Shown here: one piece after another, positions 10,578-21,500 of the stretch
How positions within the stretch are numbered: position 1 is the first letter of the stretch
Layout: each line of letters begins with the position of its first letter
IMG/VR virus record: IMGVR_UViG_3300046832_000701
Coordinates: 1-38,390 of that record
Length of the DNA stretch: 38,390 nt
Strand: one strand, 5' to 3'
From: a virus
Taxonomy: Duplodnaviria > Caudoviricetes
Notes under the pieces: model-generated
What the model saw: the letters and a program-made list of their open reading frames with translations, nothing else
Told to the model about the DNA's origin: nothing
The model's database searches: none
Program-made: the position numbers and the translations under genes

Positions 10578-10835
10578 ATGAGTGAAAACTTGACGGCATT
10601 GACGGACGCAGAGTGGGAAGAGCTTTGCGCGTTTGGTGAAATGACGTGCCGAGGCGTCGCTCTCACGCTGTCGCAGGCGACTCGCGCCGACAGTCTTGGG
10701 AAGCGCATCCGCATCCAGCGCCCTCCGCCGATTCCGCCTCCTCCGGGGACTCTTCCGCCGACAATCAAGATTCCGCGCATGTGGCCGGCTGACACCATTG
10801 CCGGCGATCCAGGTGTGGGAGGGCCCGTCGCGTGA
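10578..10835 (+). CDS. Hypothetical Pro-rich protein
   Basis: Tightly packed in the operon; GTGA overlap with the next gene. Confidence 0.55.
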   Translation: MSENLTALTDAEWEELCAFGEMTCRGVALTLSQATRADSLGKRIRIQRPPPIPPPPGTLPPTIKIPRMWPADTIAGDPGVGGPVA

Positions 10836-11128
10836 ACGAATACAACGACATCCTCGAAGGCGTAGGCATCGCCGGCGTCTGCGTCATGGTTGGCCGAATG
10901 CTCAAGACCGTTCCGCAGATTCCAGACTGGACGATCCCCTTGGCGTTGCCGCTAGTCGGAGCCGCCGCTGCGTGCCTTTTGGAGGCGCCGAGCGGGCCCG
11001 TTGCCATCAAAGGCTTCCTTGCTGGCGGGAATGCTGTGTGGATGAATCAGGCGTTTCGACAGGGAAAGACGGGCGGAGAAACCATCTTCCTGAAGAAGGA
11101 CAAGAATGCCGACAGTAACAACCCCTAA
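10832..11128 (+). CDS. Holin (putative)
   Basis: 98 aa, two to three hydrophobic segments, 'IPDWTIPLALPLVG' motif, charged C-terminus. Confidence 0.6.
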   Translation: MNEYNDILEGVGIAGVCVMVGRMLKTVPQIPDWTIPLALPLVGAAAACLLEAPSGPVAIKGFLAGGNAVWMNQAFRQGKTGGETIFLKKDKNADSNNP

Positions 11129-11474
11129 CAGCGACACGCTGCTTGCGTGCCCGACGCTGGAAATCATCCGCGGCAGCGGATTCCAGATGCGCATTGCACT
11201 GCCCGCTGACGACCTGATCTCATGGGCGTCAAGCACCGGGTCCGGGCGTATCACGAAGGAAGATGGAACGCTCGCTTTCACGTTCGACCCCGGAAGCCTG
11301 ACGGTCGAAACTGACGGTAGCGCAACCATGGTTTTCACGGCTGACGGAACCGACACCGCGACACTCACGGCGAGCATCCCGCATTTCGCAAGCTGGCGCA
11401 TTACCACGTCGGGAAGCCTGCCGTTTGAGACGAAGACTTTCCGCGTCGCCGTGTTCAATTCCCCGATGTCATGA
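11106..11474 (+). CDS. Virion structural protein (putative)
   Basis: Thr-rich, beta-rich; coupled to the fibre gene. Confidence 0.55.
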   Translation: MPTVTTPNSDTLLACPTLEIIRGSGFQMRIALPADDLISWASSTGSGRITKEDGTLAFTFDPGSLTVETDGSATMVFTADGTDTATLTASIPHFASWRITTSGSLPFETKTFRVAVFNSPMS

Positions 11475-12523
11475 ACGTCTACGAATGCACGCTGGTAATC
11501 GCCGACGGCATTGCGGAGACGCAGGCTGTGGGCGCGGCTATTGAGCTTCAGGTAGAGCGCGTCATCGGGACTCAGACGGTTGGCGGGTCCGGCATTACGG
11601 ACGGGGACAAGGGTGACATCACCGTGAGCGGTAGTGGCACCGTCTGGACCGTAGACGCACGCGCAATCACGGCGCCTAAGCTGTTTGAGGTCGGAGCTTC
11701 AAAACTTCTCGGCCGGCACACCGGGACCGCTGGCGATGTCCAAGAAATCAGCGTCGACGGCGGGCTAGAGTTTCACGGCGGTCAGTTGCGACGCGCAGCG
11801 TTAACTGGGCCTGTAACGGCTTCCGCAGGCGGCAACGCGACGACGCTAGCGCAGAACGGAGCCGCGACCGGGAACTACTACAAGTGGGACGGGACCAACT
11901 GGGTTCCGGCCCCTATCAGTTACCTAGAGGACATCGAGGACATCCCGTCCACGTTCACGCCTGCCGCGCACACCCACACGCTCTCAAACCTCACGCAGAG
12001 CGGGGCGACGACGAACCAAGTAGCCCAATGGAACGGAACGGCGTGGGTTCCTGCAACCGTGTCGTCTGGAGGTGGCAAGCTGCTCGCTTGGTGGTTAGCG
12101 TCCACGACGACCGCAGTAGCCGGGACAACGCTCATTCCACTGGACGACACCATCCCTCAGATCACGGAAGGGATGGAGTTGATAAACGTCAGCGTCACGC
12201 CCACGAACACATCCAGCAAACTCAAGGTCACCGTTCGGTTCTGGCACACATGCAGCGGGGCGCATTACGCATCCTGCGCGCTATTCGTTGGATCGGGACC
12301 GAGCGCGGTCGCCACGTCTTTTGTCAGCCAGAATGCAACTTCGATCCCGGCACTCTGCACCGTCGTCTTTGTCATCGACTCTTTCTCTGGTACTCAGACC
12401 ATCAGCTTCCGGGCAGGTACAGACCGTAACACCGTGACGTTCCGAATGCTGTCTGTTGGGGGGTCCGGCTATTACAGCACAACGGACCCGGCTGTAATTC
12501 TCGTGGAGGAACTCGGGCCATGA
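11471..12523 (+). CDS. Tail fibre protein
   Basis: DGDKGDITVSG motif; duplicated WDGTNWVPA / WNGTAWVPA fibre repeats; PAAHTH motif. Confidence 0.75.
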   Translation: MNVYECTLVIADGIAETQAVGAAIELQVERVIGTQTVGGSGITDGDKGDITVSGSGTVWTVDARAITAPKLFEVGASKLLGRHTGTAGDVQEISVDGGLEFHGGQLRRAALTGPVTASAGGNATTLAQNGAATGNYYKWDGTNWVPAPISYLEDIEDIPSTFTPAAHTHTLSNLTQSGATTNQVAQWNGTAWVPATVSSGGGKLLAWWLASTTTAVAGTTLIPLDDTIPQITEGMELINVSVTPTNTSSKLKVTVRFWHTCSGAHYASCALFVGSGPSAVATSFVSQNATSIPALCTVVFVIDSFSGTQTISFRAGTDRNTVTFRMLSVGGSGYYSTTDPAVILVEELGP

Positions 12524-12912
12524 CCATCGAATCAGCAATTCTAGCACTCAGGCCAGGAGCCATCTGGGAACTCCGCGGCGGAACATACGACGGGCTTGTG
12601 TGGCGAGACTCCTCACATATGCCAACGCGTGCGGAGGTTGAGGCAAAGATGGCGGAGGCGGAGCCGGAACAGGTCCCCGCCGAAGTTCCTACGTGGGCGC
12701 TCCGTGAGGTGTGCATGATCCGAGGGCACACCGCATCCATCGAATCCGCGCTGGCGAATCTGTCGGAGCCGCAACGAACGATTGCTAACAACCGATGGAG
12801 TCACAAGCCGACCATTTCGCGAGCGTCCAGCTTGATCGCTGCAATGCAGCAGATCCTTGGATGGTCCTCTGATTACGTCGACGAACTCTTTCTGGAAGCG
12901 GGCACGAAATGA
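12520..12912 (+). CDS. Tail fibre assembly protein (XkdW-like N-terminus, putative)
   Basis: 'AILALRPGAIWELRG..YDGLVW...PT..E' immediately after the fibre gene. Confidence 0.6.
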   Translation: MTIESAILALRPGAIWELRGGTYDGLVWRDSSHMPTRAEVEAKMAEAEPEQVPAEVPTWALREVCMIRGHTASIESALANLSEPQRTIANNRWSHKPTISRASSLIAAMQQILGWSSDYVDELFLEAGTK

Positions 12913-13277
12913 AAACCATCCTCCTGATTCTCATGCTGGCATTCGCGCCAGCGTTCACCGGCTGCAAGTCGACGCCTCAACAGATCGCATTCAACTCCAC
13001 CGAAGGCGTCGTCAAGTCCGTCGACATCGCCATGCGCGAGTGGTACCGCTACCTAGTCACCGAGGAACGACGCGTTGCTGCGCTGCCACCCATTGACCAA
13101 GGAAGCCGGCGGGCCGACCTGATTCGCAAGGACGGGCGAGTGCGTGAGGCTTACGGGCGTTATCAAGCCGCAATGAGCGGCGTTGAGGTTGCCGCGATGG
13201 GTGCAGGTCAGATTCCTCCGGACGCATCGCAAGCCGCCGCCGCGCTCCTGAGGATCACCAAGGAATTCCAGAAATGA
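12909..13277 (+). CDS. Lipoprotein
   Basis: MKT, hydrophobic stretch and lipobox FTG-C. Confidence 0.7.
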   Translation: MKTILLILMLAFAPAFTGCKSTPQQIAFNSTEGVVKSVDIAMREWYRYLVTEERRVAALPPIDQGSRRADLIRKDGRVREAYGRYQAAMSGVEVAAMGAGQIPPDASQAAAALLRITKEFQK

Positions 13278-13465
13278 GCACTGTTATCATCGTTGCCGAG
13301 CTGCTGTTGCGCTATGGTCCGGACGTGGCGGAGACCTTTCAGAAGTGGATGACTGGAGGCGCGCAGCCGAAGCCTGAAGATTGGGCAAAGCTGTTCGCGA
13401 TCACGCGCAAGACTGCCGACGAATACCGCCGAGAGGCTGAGGCTGAATTGGACCGCAAGCCGTGA
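13274..13465 (+). CDS. Hypothetical protein
   Basis: Overlap-coupled at both ends. Confidence 0.6.
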   Translation: MSTVIIVAELLLRYGPDVAETFQKWMTGGAQPKPEDWAKLFAITRKTADEYRREAEAELDRKP

Positions 13466-13857
13466 GCGCATTTGACGACTTCATCGCGGAAGGCCAGGAC
13501 CAAGCTCTAGACGAGTTTGGGACAACCTTCCGCATTGTCGGGCTAGACCCCGCCGAGGAGTTGGTTGGCGTTCTGGACCGTCACAAGGATGCGACCAAGC
13601 CTGAAGTTGGCGGGCTCATGCCTGACTTTGATGGCGTCATATTCGCGCCTCGCGCTCAGTTCGACGGGACTGCATTGCTCACCGAATCCGGCGAAGAGTT
13701 GGACCTTGAACAGGGTGGAAGCCTAGACACAGAAACCGGCTACCGCATGCCAGCAATCGGCCAGCGGATAACGTGCGACGGAAACCTGTATCGGGTGACC
13801 GAGCGCAGCATGGATTCCACGGGTGTCACGCTCATCCTCCAATCTGTTGACCGATGA
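13462..13857 (+). CDS. Head-tail adaptor/closure protein (gpFII-like, putative)
   Basis: Synteny; C-terminal 'GQRITCDGNLYRV...DSTGVTLIL' pattern. Confidence 0.6.
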   Translation: MSAFDDFIAEGQDQALDEFGTTFRIVGLDPAEELVGVLDRHKDATKPEVGGLMPDFDGVIFAPRAQFDGTALLTESGEELDLEQGGSLDTETGYRMPAIGQRITCDGNLYRVTERSMDSTGVTLILQSVDR

Positions 13858-14678
13858 TCAAGGCTTACGTCGATCATGGGCACTGGTCTGGTCAGGTGCG
13901 CAAACTGTCCGGCATCATGAAGCAAACCATGGAGGAGACGTTGCGCGGGCAGGCGAAGCTGTTCACCCGCGACGCCATCCGCTTCACGCCTCCATTCGGT
14001 GACGCGCCCATCACGGAGCCGTTCGCGAGGCAGTTGGAGATTGGAAAGGAAGCGGTTTACAGGGATAGGAAAAACGTATTTAAGGAAGCGTCCAGCATCA
14101 GGGCGCTTTGCCAAGGTCGGTTCGGGGAAAACATCACAAAGCTAGTTTCGGCAGGAAAAACAGCGGAGGCGAACACGCTCCTGATGAAAGAGCTGGATGT
14201 CCGCAATTCCGGGCTTCAGTTGTCGGTTCTCGGTCCAACATGGAAAAAGGCTAGAGATCGCCGCGGCAGGGTTCGCGGGGTCTACCCGTTCATCCTTCAC
14301 GACGGCATTCTTCCGAGCTACAACCCAAGATTGAACGACCTGCGCGCAATGCCGGAAGATCCGGAACTGCGTCAGTTGCTTGTCGAAAAGCTGGAGCGCG
14401 TCGGCTCCGCAAAATCCGGATGGGTGAAAGCTGCGTCCGCCCTCAAGCTGCCGCTTCCGCGTTGGATCAAGAAAGCCAAAGGAGCCGCATCCGGGGCCTA
14501 TCATGAAACTGGCTCGCAAGATCGGTTTGGGGTAGAAGTCCGAAACAACGTGCCGTTCATCCAGGCGTCAGGGCGGGAGTTAAGGATTGTTGAGCGCGCA
14601 TGGAAGAACCGGCAGCGGAACATCCAGAAGCAGATCGAGGCCGCATTCAAGGCCGCGAAGAAGAGGGAAAACGCGTGA
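13854..14678 (+). CDS. Tail completion / neck protein (putative)
   Basis: Basic protein between adaptor and terminator positions; TPP and 'VRNNVPF' segments. Confidence 0.55.
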   Translation: MIKAYVDHGHWSGQVRKLSGIMKQTMEETLRGQAKLFTRDAIRFTPPFGDAPITEPFARQLEIGKEAVYRDRKNVFKEASSIRALCQGRFGENITKLVSAGKTAEANTLLMKELDVRNSGLQLSVLGPTWKKARDRRGRVRGVYPFILHDGILPSYNPRLNDLRAMPEDPELRQLLVEKLERVGSAKSGWVKAASALKLPLPRWIKKAKGAASGAYHETGSQDRFGVEVRNNVPFIQASGRELRIVERAWKNRQRNIQKQIEAAFKAAKKRENA

Positions 14679-15166
14679 TTACCGAGCAACTCCAGAAAAT
14701 GGTTCTGGCCTATCTGATCGCCTCCTATACGGCGAACGGGTGGAGTGTCGACGCGTTGACGGTCGGCGGTTACAACGTCAGCAGCGGCGAGACGCAACTC
14801 AGGTTCACGCGTGGCGAGACTGGCGAGGAGAAGACTCTCCCGCTGATCATGGTAGAGGCGGAAGACGGGCAGGAGGATTACGAAACCGGAAACGAGTTCA
14901 TTACGCTCTCCGTTTCCGTGGTTGTCGCGTCGGAAGATGCTGGCGCGTACACGCTCCTAAAAGACCAGACGGACACGGTGAAAGAGTTGCTTTGGTACGA
15001 CCGGCCGAGCGAATTGCAGGACGCAATAAACGCGGCAACGTCGGAGACTTTTGAATGTCTGATCATGGGCACAACGGACAGGACCGTTGAGTCGTCTTTT
15101 GATGATCGGGCGAGGGTAAACAAACTTAGCATCCGCCTTTACTGCGCGGGATTGGAGAACAGGTAA
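14675..15166 (+). CDS. Tail terminator (putative)
   Basis: Acidic protein preceding the tail tube; GTG 14675 overlaps the upstream stop. Confidence 0.55.
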   Translation: MITEQLQKMVLAYLIASYTANGWSVDALTVGGYNVSSGETQLRFTRGETGEEKTLPLIMVEAEDGQEDYETGNEFITLSVSVVVASEDAGAYTLLKDQTDTVKELLWYDRPSELQDAINAATSETFECLIMGTTDRTVESSFDDRARVNKLSIRLYCAGLENR

Positions 15167-15167
15167 C

Positions 15168-15596
15168 ATGCCTCAACATCAAGGAATCGGCGTCGTGTGG
15201 GGAATTGGAACCACTGACATCACGGTGGCCACTGGTAAAATCCTCCGAATCAACGGGCAGACCTACACGCGTGAGTCTGAAATGATGGAGCACCGCAGCA
15301 CTTCCGGAGAGGTGATTGGCCGGAGTCGCTGGAACTTCACCAAATCCGTTGAGCTTGACGTGTATCCGTCTGGAACAACGATTGCCAACGCTGTCGACGC
15401 CATGATTGGTCTTCCTGCGATTGGCACCGCCGTCACGCTGGCTGAACTTTTTGGGGCTGTGACCGACAGCGGGGTTGCTGGCGTTTACGAAGTTATGTCA
15501 GCGACCAGAAGCACGGCTCCAACCGAAAAGGCGTCAATCCGAATGACGCTATTGCAGAACGCTGGATTCACCGCGGGATCCGTCATCACTGCTTGA
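15168..15596 (+). CDS. Major tail tube protein (putative)
   Basis: 142 aa, beta-rich, Thr/Gly-rich; position upstream of chaperone and tape measure. Confidence 0.6.
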   Translation: MPQHQGIGVVWGIGTTDITVATGKILRINGQTYTRESEMMEHRSTSGEVIGRSRWNFTKSVELDVYPSGTTIANAVDAMIGLPAIGTAVTLAELFGAVTDSGVAGVYEVMSATRSTAPTEKASIRMTLLQNAGFTAGSVITA

Positions 15597-16201
15597 CCGC
15601 CGCCGAACTCCATCGCCGCCTCACGCTGCCGGACGTTTACCGCGTTCTCGGCATCCGCATGGCTACGTTTACCGTGGGTCATGCGCGGTTGTTGGATCGG
15701 TTGGAGCTTGCGGAGATTGGCGACGGTGCGCAGGCGCTCCTCTTTGCGCTGTTGTGCCGGTTCAAGACGGCGTCGGAGGCGGACGAGTGGTTATGCTCGC
15801 GCTTCCTTTCGTGGTCACTTGTGCTCTGGACAAACCGCAAGCGGCGACTTCTAGCCAACCCCATCGAGGTCACCGCCGCCGTGGAGGCAATCCGCGATTA
15901 CTTGGACGCGTCAACGCAGGTCCCAGCGTACTACAGCAAGCACAAGAGCGGCGACGGCGAGGCGATCGGCTCCCCGTTTTCCCAGCACCTTCGCACCATC
16001 CTCATTTCAAAGCTGGGATACTCGCCGCAGTCCGTGGATGACACGCCTTTCCTGCAAGCCATGTGGGATTACCTGTCCTACATGGAGGCGGAGGGCCATA
16101 TCTCCATCAGCGAAGGTGTGACGGATGACGAGTTGAAGCGCATGGAGGCGCAAGGCGCGGAGCTTCTGGAGCGCGCCAAGAAAGGGGAGTTCTCATGCTA
16201 G
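15593..16201 (+). CDS. Tail assembly chaperone (putative)
   Basis: Lies between tail tube and tape measure. Confidence 0.55.
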   Translation: MTAAELHRRLTLPDVYRVLGIRMATFTVGHARLLDRLELAEIGDGAQALLFALLCRFKTASEADEWLCSRFLSWSLVLWTNRKRRLLANPIEVTAAVEAIRDYLDASTQVPAYYSKHKSGDGEAIGSPFSQHLRTILISKLGYSPQSVDDTPFLQAMWDYLSYMEAEGHISISEGVTDDELKRMEAQGAELLERAKKGEFSC

Positions 16202-17274
16202 GGATGGGGATCAAGTTCACGGCGGACGCGTCAGGCGTTCAGCGTGCTGTTGCTGGCATGGCCAAGAACACCGAGCGGCAATTCGCTGGCATTGGCAACG
16301 AGTTGACGAAACGCATCGCGGGCGCGTTTGCCGCGGGCGCTGTCGTGTCTGCGGTTGGTAATTTCATCGGCTCCGTTCGCCAGTCTGTTGACGAGATCAA
16401 AGACCTTTCGGACCAGCTAGAAATCAGCACCGATGACGTTCAGCGATTGCAGAAGGCTGCGAATGATACCGGCGTGAAGTTTGGTGTTATCACCACGGCG
16501 CTGCAAAAGATCGAAGCCAAGAAGGCGGAAGCGCTTTCAGGCGATTCAAAGGCCGCCGGCCTGTTTGCCGCGTTAGGAGCCAACCCTGGCGACTCCGCGC
16601 TTTCCATCCTCCAGCGCGCAACGGAGGAGTCATCGAAAAGCACCGAGAAGAACGCGGCGGCTTTCGAGCTTCTCGGGAACAAGGCCGTCATCCTCAAAAA
16701 CATCGTTGGCGAGTTGCAGAAGCAGGGTCCCATCAAGCTGATTTCAGAGGAGGAGATTCAGAAGATTGACGAGGTGAACGCGGGGCTTGAGGAGGCTGCG
16801 CGACATTCAAAGGCCGCTTCCGCTCCAGTCATTGAGGGCGGGCTTCGATTCCTTGGCGCATTCGCCACCATGTTGAATCCGTCCAAGATGGCGGACATCA
16901 ACAAGCGCGCATTTGAGCGCAAGGACCTCGGATTCCTTGGCAGGCTTGGGATGATCAATGCGGAGTTCTTTGGAGTGAAAGACACCGAAGGCGAGAAGAC
17001 AGAACCCGCCGACCTGCAAGAAGCTCTCCGTAAACGCCGAGGTGTCACGACCGCGCCCGCAGCCGCAGCGGCAACCGTCCCCGCAACCTCAGCAATCTCC
17101 CTTGGCACGCAAGGCGACGCACTTTCCCGCATCGGTCTTTTCGTCGGTGGGCGCCCAGAGGTTGGCGCGCTGCGGAACATCGAGGCCAACACCCGCGAGA
17201 CCGCCCAGGGCATGCGTCAGCTTCTGACCGCGATGCGTGAAACCCGCGACGCCATCCAATACCATAACGATTAA
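16195..17274 (+). CDS. Tape measure protein (short)
   Basis: N-terminal 'IKFTADASG', 'IKDLSDQLEISTDDVQRL..AA', Ala-rich helices. Confidence 0.75.
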   Translation: MLGMGIKFTADASGVQRAVAGMAKNTERQFAGIGNELTKRIAGAFAAGAVVSAVGNFIGSVRQSVDEIKDLSDQLEISTDDVQRLQKAANDTGVKFGVITTALQKIEAKKAEALSGDSKAAGLFAALGANPGDSALSILQRATEESSKSTEKNAAAFELLGNKAVILKNIVGELQKQGPIKLISEEEIQKIDEVNAGLEEAARHSKAASAPVIEGGLRFLGAFATMLNPSKMADINKRAFERKDLGFLGRLGMINAEFFGVKDTEGEKTEPADLQEALRKRRGVTTAPAAAAATVPATSAISLGTQGDALSRIGLFVGGRPEVGALRNIEANTRETAQGMRQLLTAMRETRDAIQYHND

Positions 17275-18062
17275 TGGCACAGCATCAGGGCACATACGAC
17301 AGCATCAGCCTACAGCCAGCGCAGCGCTGGACGCCTCGTGGCGGCTTTGTCACGAACCCGCGCACCAAACTCCTGAACGCGTCGGTTGCTTCGTTCACGG
17401 CGTCATTGCGTGCGAATGGCTACGCCTACGAGGTGGAGCCGTTGGGGGAATCGCCTTATTCCATCGTCACAACGCTCGCCGTTGAGCCTGACGCGACGGC
17501 GGACACAATCCTGAATGACCTGTGGGAGCTGGATGGGAACGACCTGGAAAAGGACTACTGGATTGCCCCAGCGGTAAAGGCGTGGCTTGGTAGCTTGAAC
17601 CTGACGCAGCGGGCGAACGTGCGCGCCATCGTTGAACGCTATGTTAGAGAGGGCGGCGAAGAGTCTGATTTCAAAAACGAAGTTGCGGAAGTGTTTGCTG
17701 GCGGTCCAAGCTCGGGACTAAGCGCAAACGATGAAGCCATCCTCGACCTAATCGTCAGCGACCTAGCTGCGGGCACTCAAAGTTTTCCGTCATCCGCCTA
17801 CGTTCTCCGCCGCTCCATCACCGTGCCCGCTGGAACGACGATTGCGCCTTCGTTCGCAAACGCTAACAAGATCTTCACTTCCGCGCAGTTGGTGTCTGTT
17901 GAAACGACGATACCGATAAACCTGCGGCAAACTCTGCCGGACGGCTACTGGCAGAAAAAAACACCGTCCGCGAGCCAGCAACCGGACGGACGTTGGGTCT
18001 ATCGCGTGGAATACTGGTGGGCAGAGGAATACAGCACCATGCTCTATGAAACCGCGAGTTGA
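17274..18062 (+). CDS. Tail tip / distal tail protein (putative)
   Basis: Directly after the tape measure (TAATG overlap). Confidence 0.55.
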   Translation: MAQHQGTYDSISLQPAQRWTPRGGFVTNPRTKLLNASVASFTASLRANGYAYEVEPLGESPYSIVTTLAVEPDATADTILNDLWELDGNDLEKDYWIAPAVKAWLGSLNLTQRANVRAIVERYVREGGEESDFKNEVAEVFAGGPSSGLSANDEAILDLIVSDLAAGTQSFPSSAYVLRRSITVPAGTTIAPSFANANKIFTSAQLVSVETTIPINLRQTLPDGYWQKKTPSASQQPDGRWVYRVEYWWAEEYSTMLYETAS

Positions 18063-18192
18063 CAATACACGCATGCGGCGGCTCTTGGCCAACCGCACAC
18101 CGGGCACACTCACGCAACGGACGACGCGTGGAACATTTCAGAAGCCGCGAGTTACGGCGAAACAGTCGGATTCAACCCCGCGTTGGGGCTGA
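18046..18192 (+). CDS. Small basic protein (48 aa, not in the ORF track)
   Basis: Translated by hand: MKPRVDNTRMRRLLANRTPGTLTQRTTRGTFQKPRVTAKQSDSTPRWG; fills the gap in the operon. Confidence 0.45.
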   Translation: MKPRVDNTRMRRLLANRTPGTLTQRTTRGTFQKPRVTAKQSDSTPRWG

Positions 18193-18210
18193 TAGAAACA
18201 AGGAGAACAT

Positions 18211-18597
18211 ATGGCAGATGAAATCAGGGTTAGCATGAGTTTGCAGGTCGCCAAAGGCGGCGCAGCGATCGCGACCGGAACTCTTTCCGACGTGATCGAC
18301 ATGACGGGCGCAGATATGGCGACCGTTACGCAGTTTGTTTCAACGACCGCCGACGCAATCGAGGCGCTAGACGTTCCTGCGGACGTTGCGGGTGACGTGT
18401 ATCTTGTCATCAAGCACAACGGGGCAAGCGGAACCTTGACCGTCTCCAAAGATAACGGAGGGCCGCCCGCTTCTCACGTTCTGTCCAAGCTGACCTCCGG
18501 TGAGTCCTGTTTTCTCACTCGCGTTCCATCCAGCACGCTTTACGTGGCCTCCTCTACAGCGGCAACCCCGATTCAATTCTGGATTGCTGAAGTGTGA
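18211..18597 (+). CDS. Virion structural protein
   Basis: AAGGAG RBS; beta-rich; within the tail operon. Confidence 0.65.
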   Translation: MADEIRVSMSLQVAKGGAAIATGTLSDVIDMTGADMATVTQFVSTTADAIEALDVPADVAGDVYLVIKHNGASGTLTVSKDNGGPPASHVLSKLTSGESCFLTRVPSSTLYVASSTAATPIQFWIAEV

Positions 18598-21500
18598 TCT
18601 CGTTCCCGCGAGTTCCGGAGGTTGAACCCGGCGACCCGGTAACGTCCACACAGCTTGCAGGGTTGGCCGATGGCCTGAGTGCGCGCCTCACCTCTGGACT
18701 TGGGGACGGGGCTTGGCGCGTTGCGTACTACTACCTAGCCATGGCGCGGCAATTCCGCGTCATGGGTCAGACAGACGCCGAGTTCTTCCACTCGATACAG
18801 ATGCTCGACGAGCCGCTTTCGCTGCCGTTTGCCGGCAGCATCGGCGGCGTCTCCACGTCCAACCCGCTCGGGCTATACGTCCACGGGAAAGGCACGTTCC
18901 CGGCCGAGGTGGACGCCTACGACGTGCCGATGGCGACGGTGACGGACGCAGAGCAGGCGTGGGAGTTGGCGAAGCAGCAGCGGGGCGCGTTCAACCCGTC
19001 GACGGAAGAGTGGAGTTCGCCAACGTTCGACGCTGCCCGCCACGCGTTCCGGATCGTGTACGGCGGAACCTCGATCTTCGGCAATGCCTACGGAGGATTC
19101 CAGCCGACGCCTGAGTTCCTGGGCGACTGCCTGGACCCGGACGCGTCGCCGAACTTTGAGATCTTTTTCACCAACGTCGAGACCGAGGCCACGCAGGTCT
19201 TCGACGGAACGTGCCCCGACGAACCAACCCACATCGCCGGGATATGGCAAACGCCGCTCGCGTTCTGGGTGACGTTGAACGACGGCGCGCTCTACTACTT
19301 CGACCGCTCGAAATGGATTGAGGGTCCTTACGAATCAGGCGCGGCATTGCGGAAGACTTACAGCGAGCACTTGCCGCGAGTGTTGAACGCGTTCGCTGGC
19401 GAGTTCCGCGGCGACACGGCACGGGTTGAAGGCGAGAACAAGGGCGGTCCTCGGTGGCTTGGGAAGGCCTTCGACATTGCGTCATTCCTGACGCGTCCCT
19501 ACTACCTCGCACCCGCCCGCGGCTACACCATCAACGACGAGGTCGTCCCGCAGTACACGCAGGGCTCCCGCTCCGGCCCAACCGTCTCTGGCGTCATCGG
19601 CTCGCACTTCGCGCAAAGCGGATGTTGGTTCTCGTGCGCCATCGTCCGCGTCACCGGGACCATCGTTCCCGCAACCGTCACGTTTACCAGCGGGGGCGTC
19701 GTCGTCGGCAAGGCTACCATCGGAAGTCAGGCCGGCAGCGCGCTAGCCATGTTCACGCAGGGCGCCGAGGACCTCGAGGTATCCGTCTCGTCCGTGTCAG
19801 GCGCGAGCGTCACGGTGTCCTACGAACTCGCCGAGACGTTCGCCTATCGCCCTGGCGTACATGACCTATGGACGCTCCTACGCCTCGCCGGCGCTAACAG
19901 CGCATCCGACATAGACGGCAGCGGACGCAGCATCGCAAACGCGAACGAAATCTGGGAGGCGTACAGCACCTTGGGAGTCATCCCGAAACTCGGCGGAGAC
20001 AACGAACTGCCGCCGATGGAAGACCGGCAGATCGACACGAACGCCGTCTTTGACAAGTTCCGCCGGCTGTCTCGCGTCGTCCGATGCCTGCACCCGTCAC
20101 AGGTCAAGGGCTACGCCGTTGTGGACGGCAAATCGGTGCTGTACGTCAGCCCGTTCTATCAAAGCATCGTCGGCCTGCCTGAGTGCGACGTGCTCAAGGG
20201 CATCCGTGACGAGATCGAGCACGAAGCGCCGCGCCAAGGCTACACCAACGAATGGTGCGCTTTTGCGCGCTTTGCGGCCTATCACCCTTCGCCAACCTCT
20301 TTCTGGTCACAGGAGGGTTACGCGGAATACTGGTCAACCTCGGACCGTTGCGCGTTCTACGCGTCAACGTCTACCAGTGCGGAACTCAAGCGGCACTTCA
20401 ACGCAAACTTCCCGAGTGACGTGGACAGCTTCCTCGCGCCGGAAGCCGCCACCGGCTACCGCTACGCCAAGAACCTGAACGACGCCGCCGTAGATGAGTT
20501 CTACAAATCGTGTCGCATCTACGAGCCTCCGTTGGAAATCGAGTCCGCGGAGACCGTCACGGTGGACGGCGAAACCCAGGTCAAGATCACGTTCAAAACG
20601 CGCTTCCATCACCACGAAACCGCGCCTGCGAGCGTAGACCGCGACATCGGCACATGGGACTTGTCCGCACTCCTGACGGAGGCGCAGAACTACAGGACCG
20701 ACGAAAACGCCATCCGGGAATACCTGGCGTGGAAAGATGACACGTCCCTGAACTGCGAGCGCACAGGGCCCGGGAATGCGGCGGACAATTCAACGGTGCA
20801 GGGCCTGCCGGACAACCCCTACGGCTCATGCTTCCCGCACATCTGGCTCGTTCAGCTATTGCCGAAGCCTTACGACGACGGAAACGACACGGCCAGCAGG
20901 TCAGACACACCGATCCGTCACGACGTGATGTTACAGGCGGAGACCTACATTCGCGCCATGTGCGAGGGCTATGTCGACGGCCAAACGAGCATAGACTACG
21001 GGTGCACTGTTGGCGTCACCGCGGTCTTCGATTACACGTTCGCCAACCTCTGCTTCGACGCGTTCCAAGGCACCAGCATCACCACGATGCCGACCGTCGA
21101 GACTGACGCGCTCGGACCCGAAGACGTGCGCGAGGATTCGCCTATCGGGTACGGGCCACTCCCGACCGTGCGCCTTGCTGCCGAGACGTGGAATCAGTTT
21201 GCGAAGGCGGTCAACAAGCTGACCCGCGTCAGGGTTTCGCTGCCGTTCCAATTTGAGACGCAACCATACGACGAAACCAACGACACACGCTTCGTGGACG
21301 CCGTAAGGGCAGACGGAACCGCTGCCGATTGCTCCTCCGCTGGCGGTCGCGGGTGGCGTTCGCAATTCGATGGCGGAGGACGTTCTCCGGCTACAATGTC
21401 CGGCTCATGGGCGGCGGCCACGACAATGAACGCGTCCAACACTCTCGGCTATTCCTTGGGCGTCGGCTACGTATGTTCAGCGTCCGGAGCTGGCCCATTG

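Noticed and set aside
15593-16201. Programmed frameshift in the tail assembly chaperone
   Set aside because: A single ORF spans the whole tube-to-tape-measure gap; no second frame is needed and no convincing slippery site was seen
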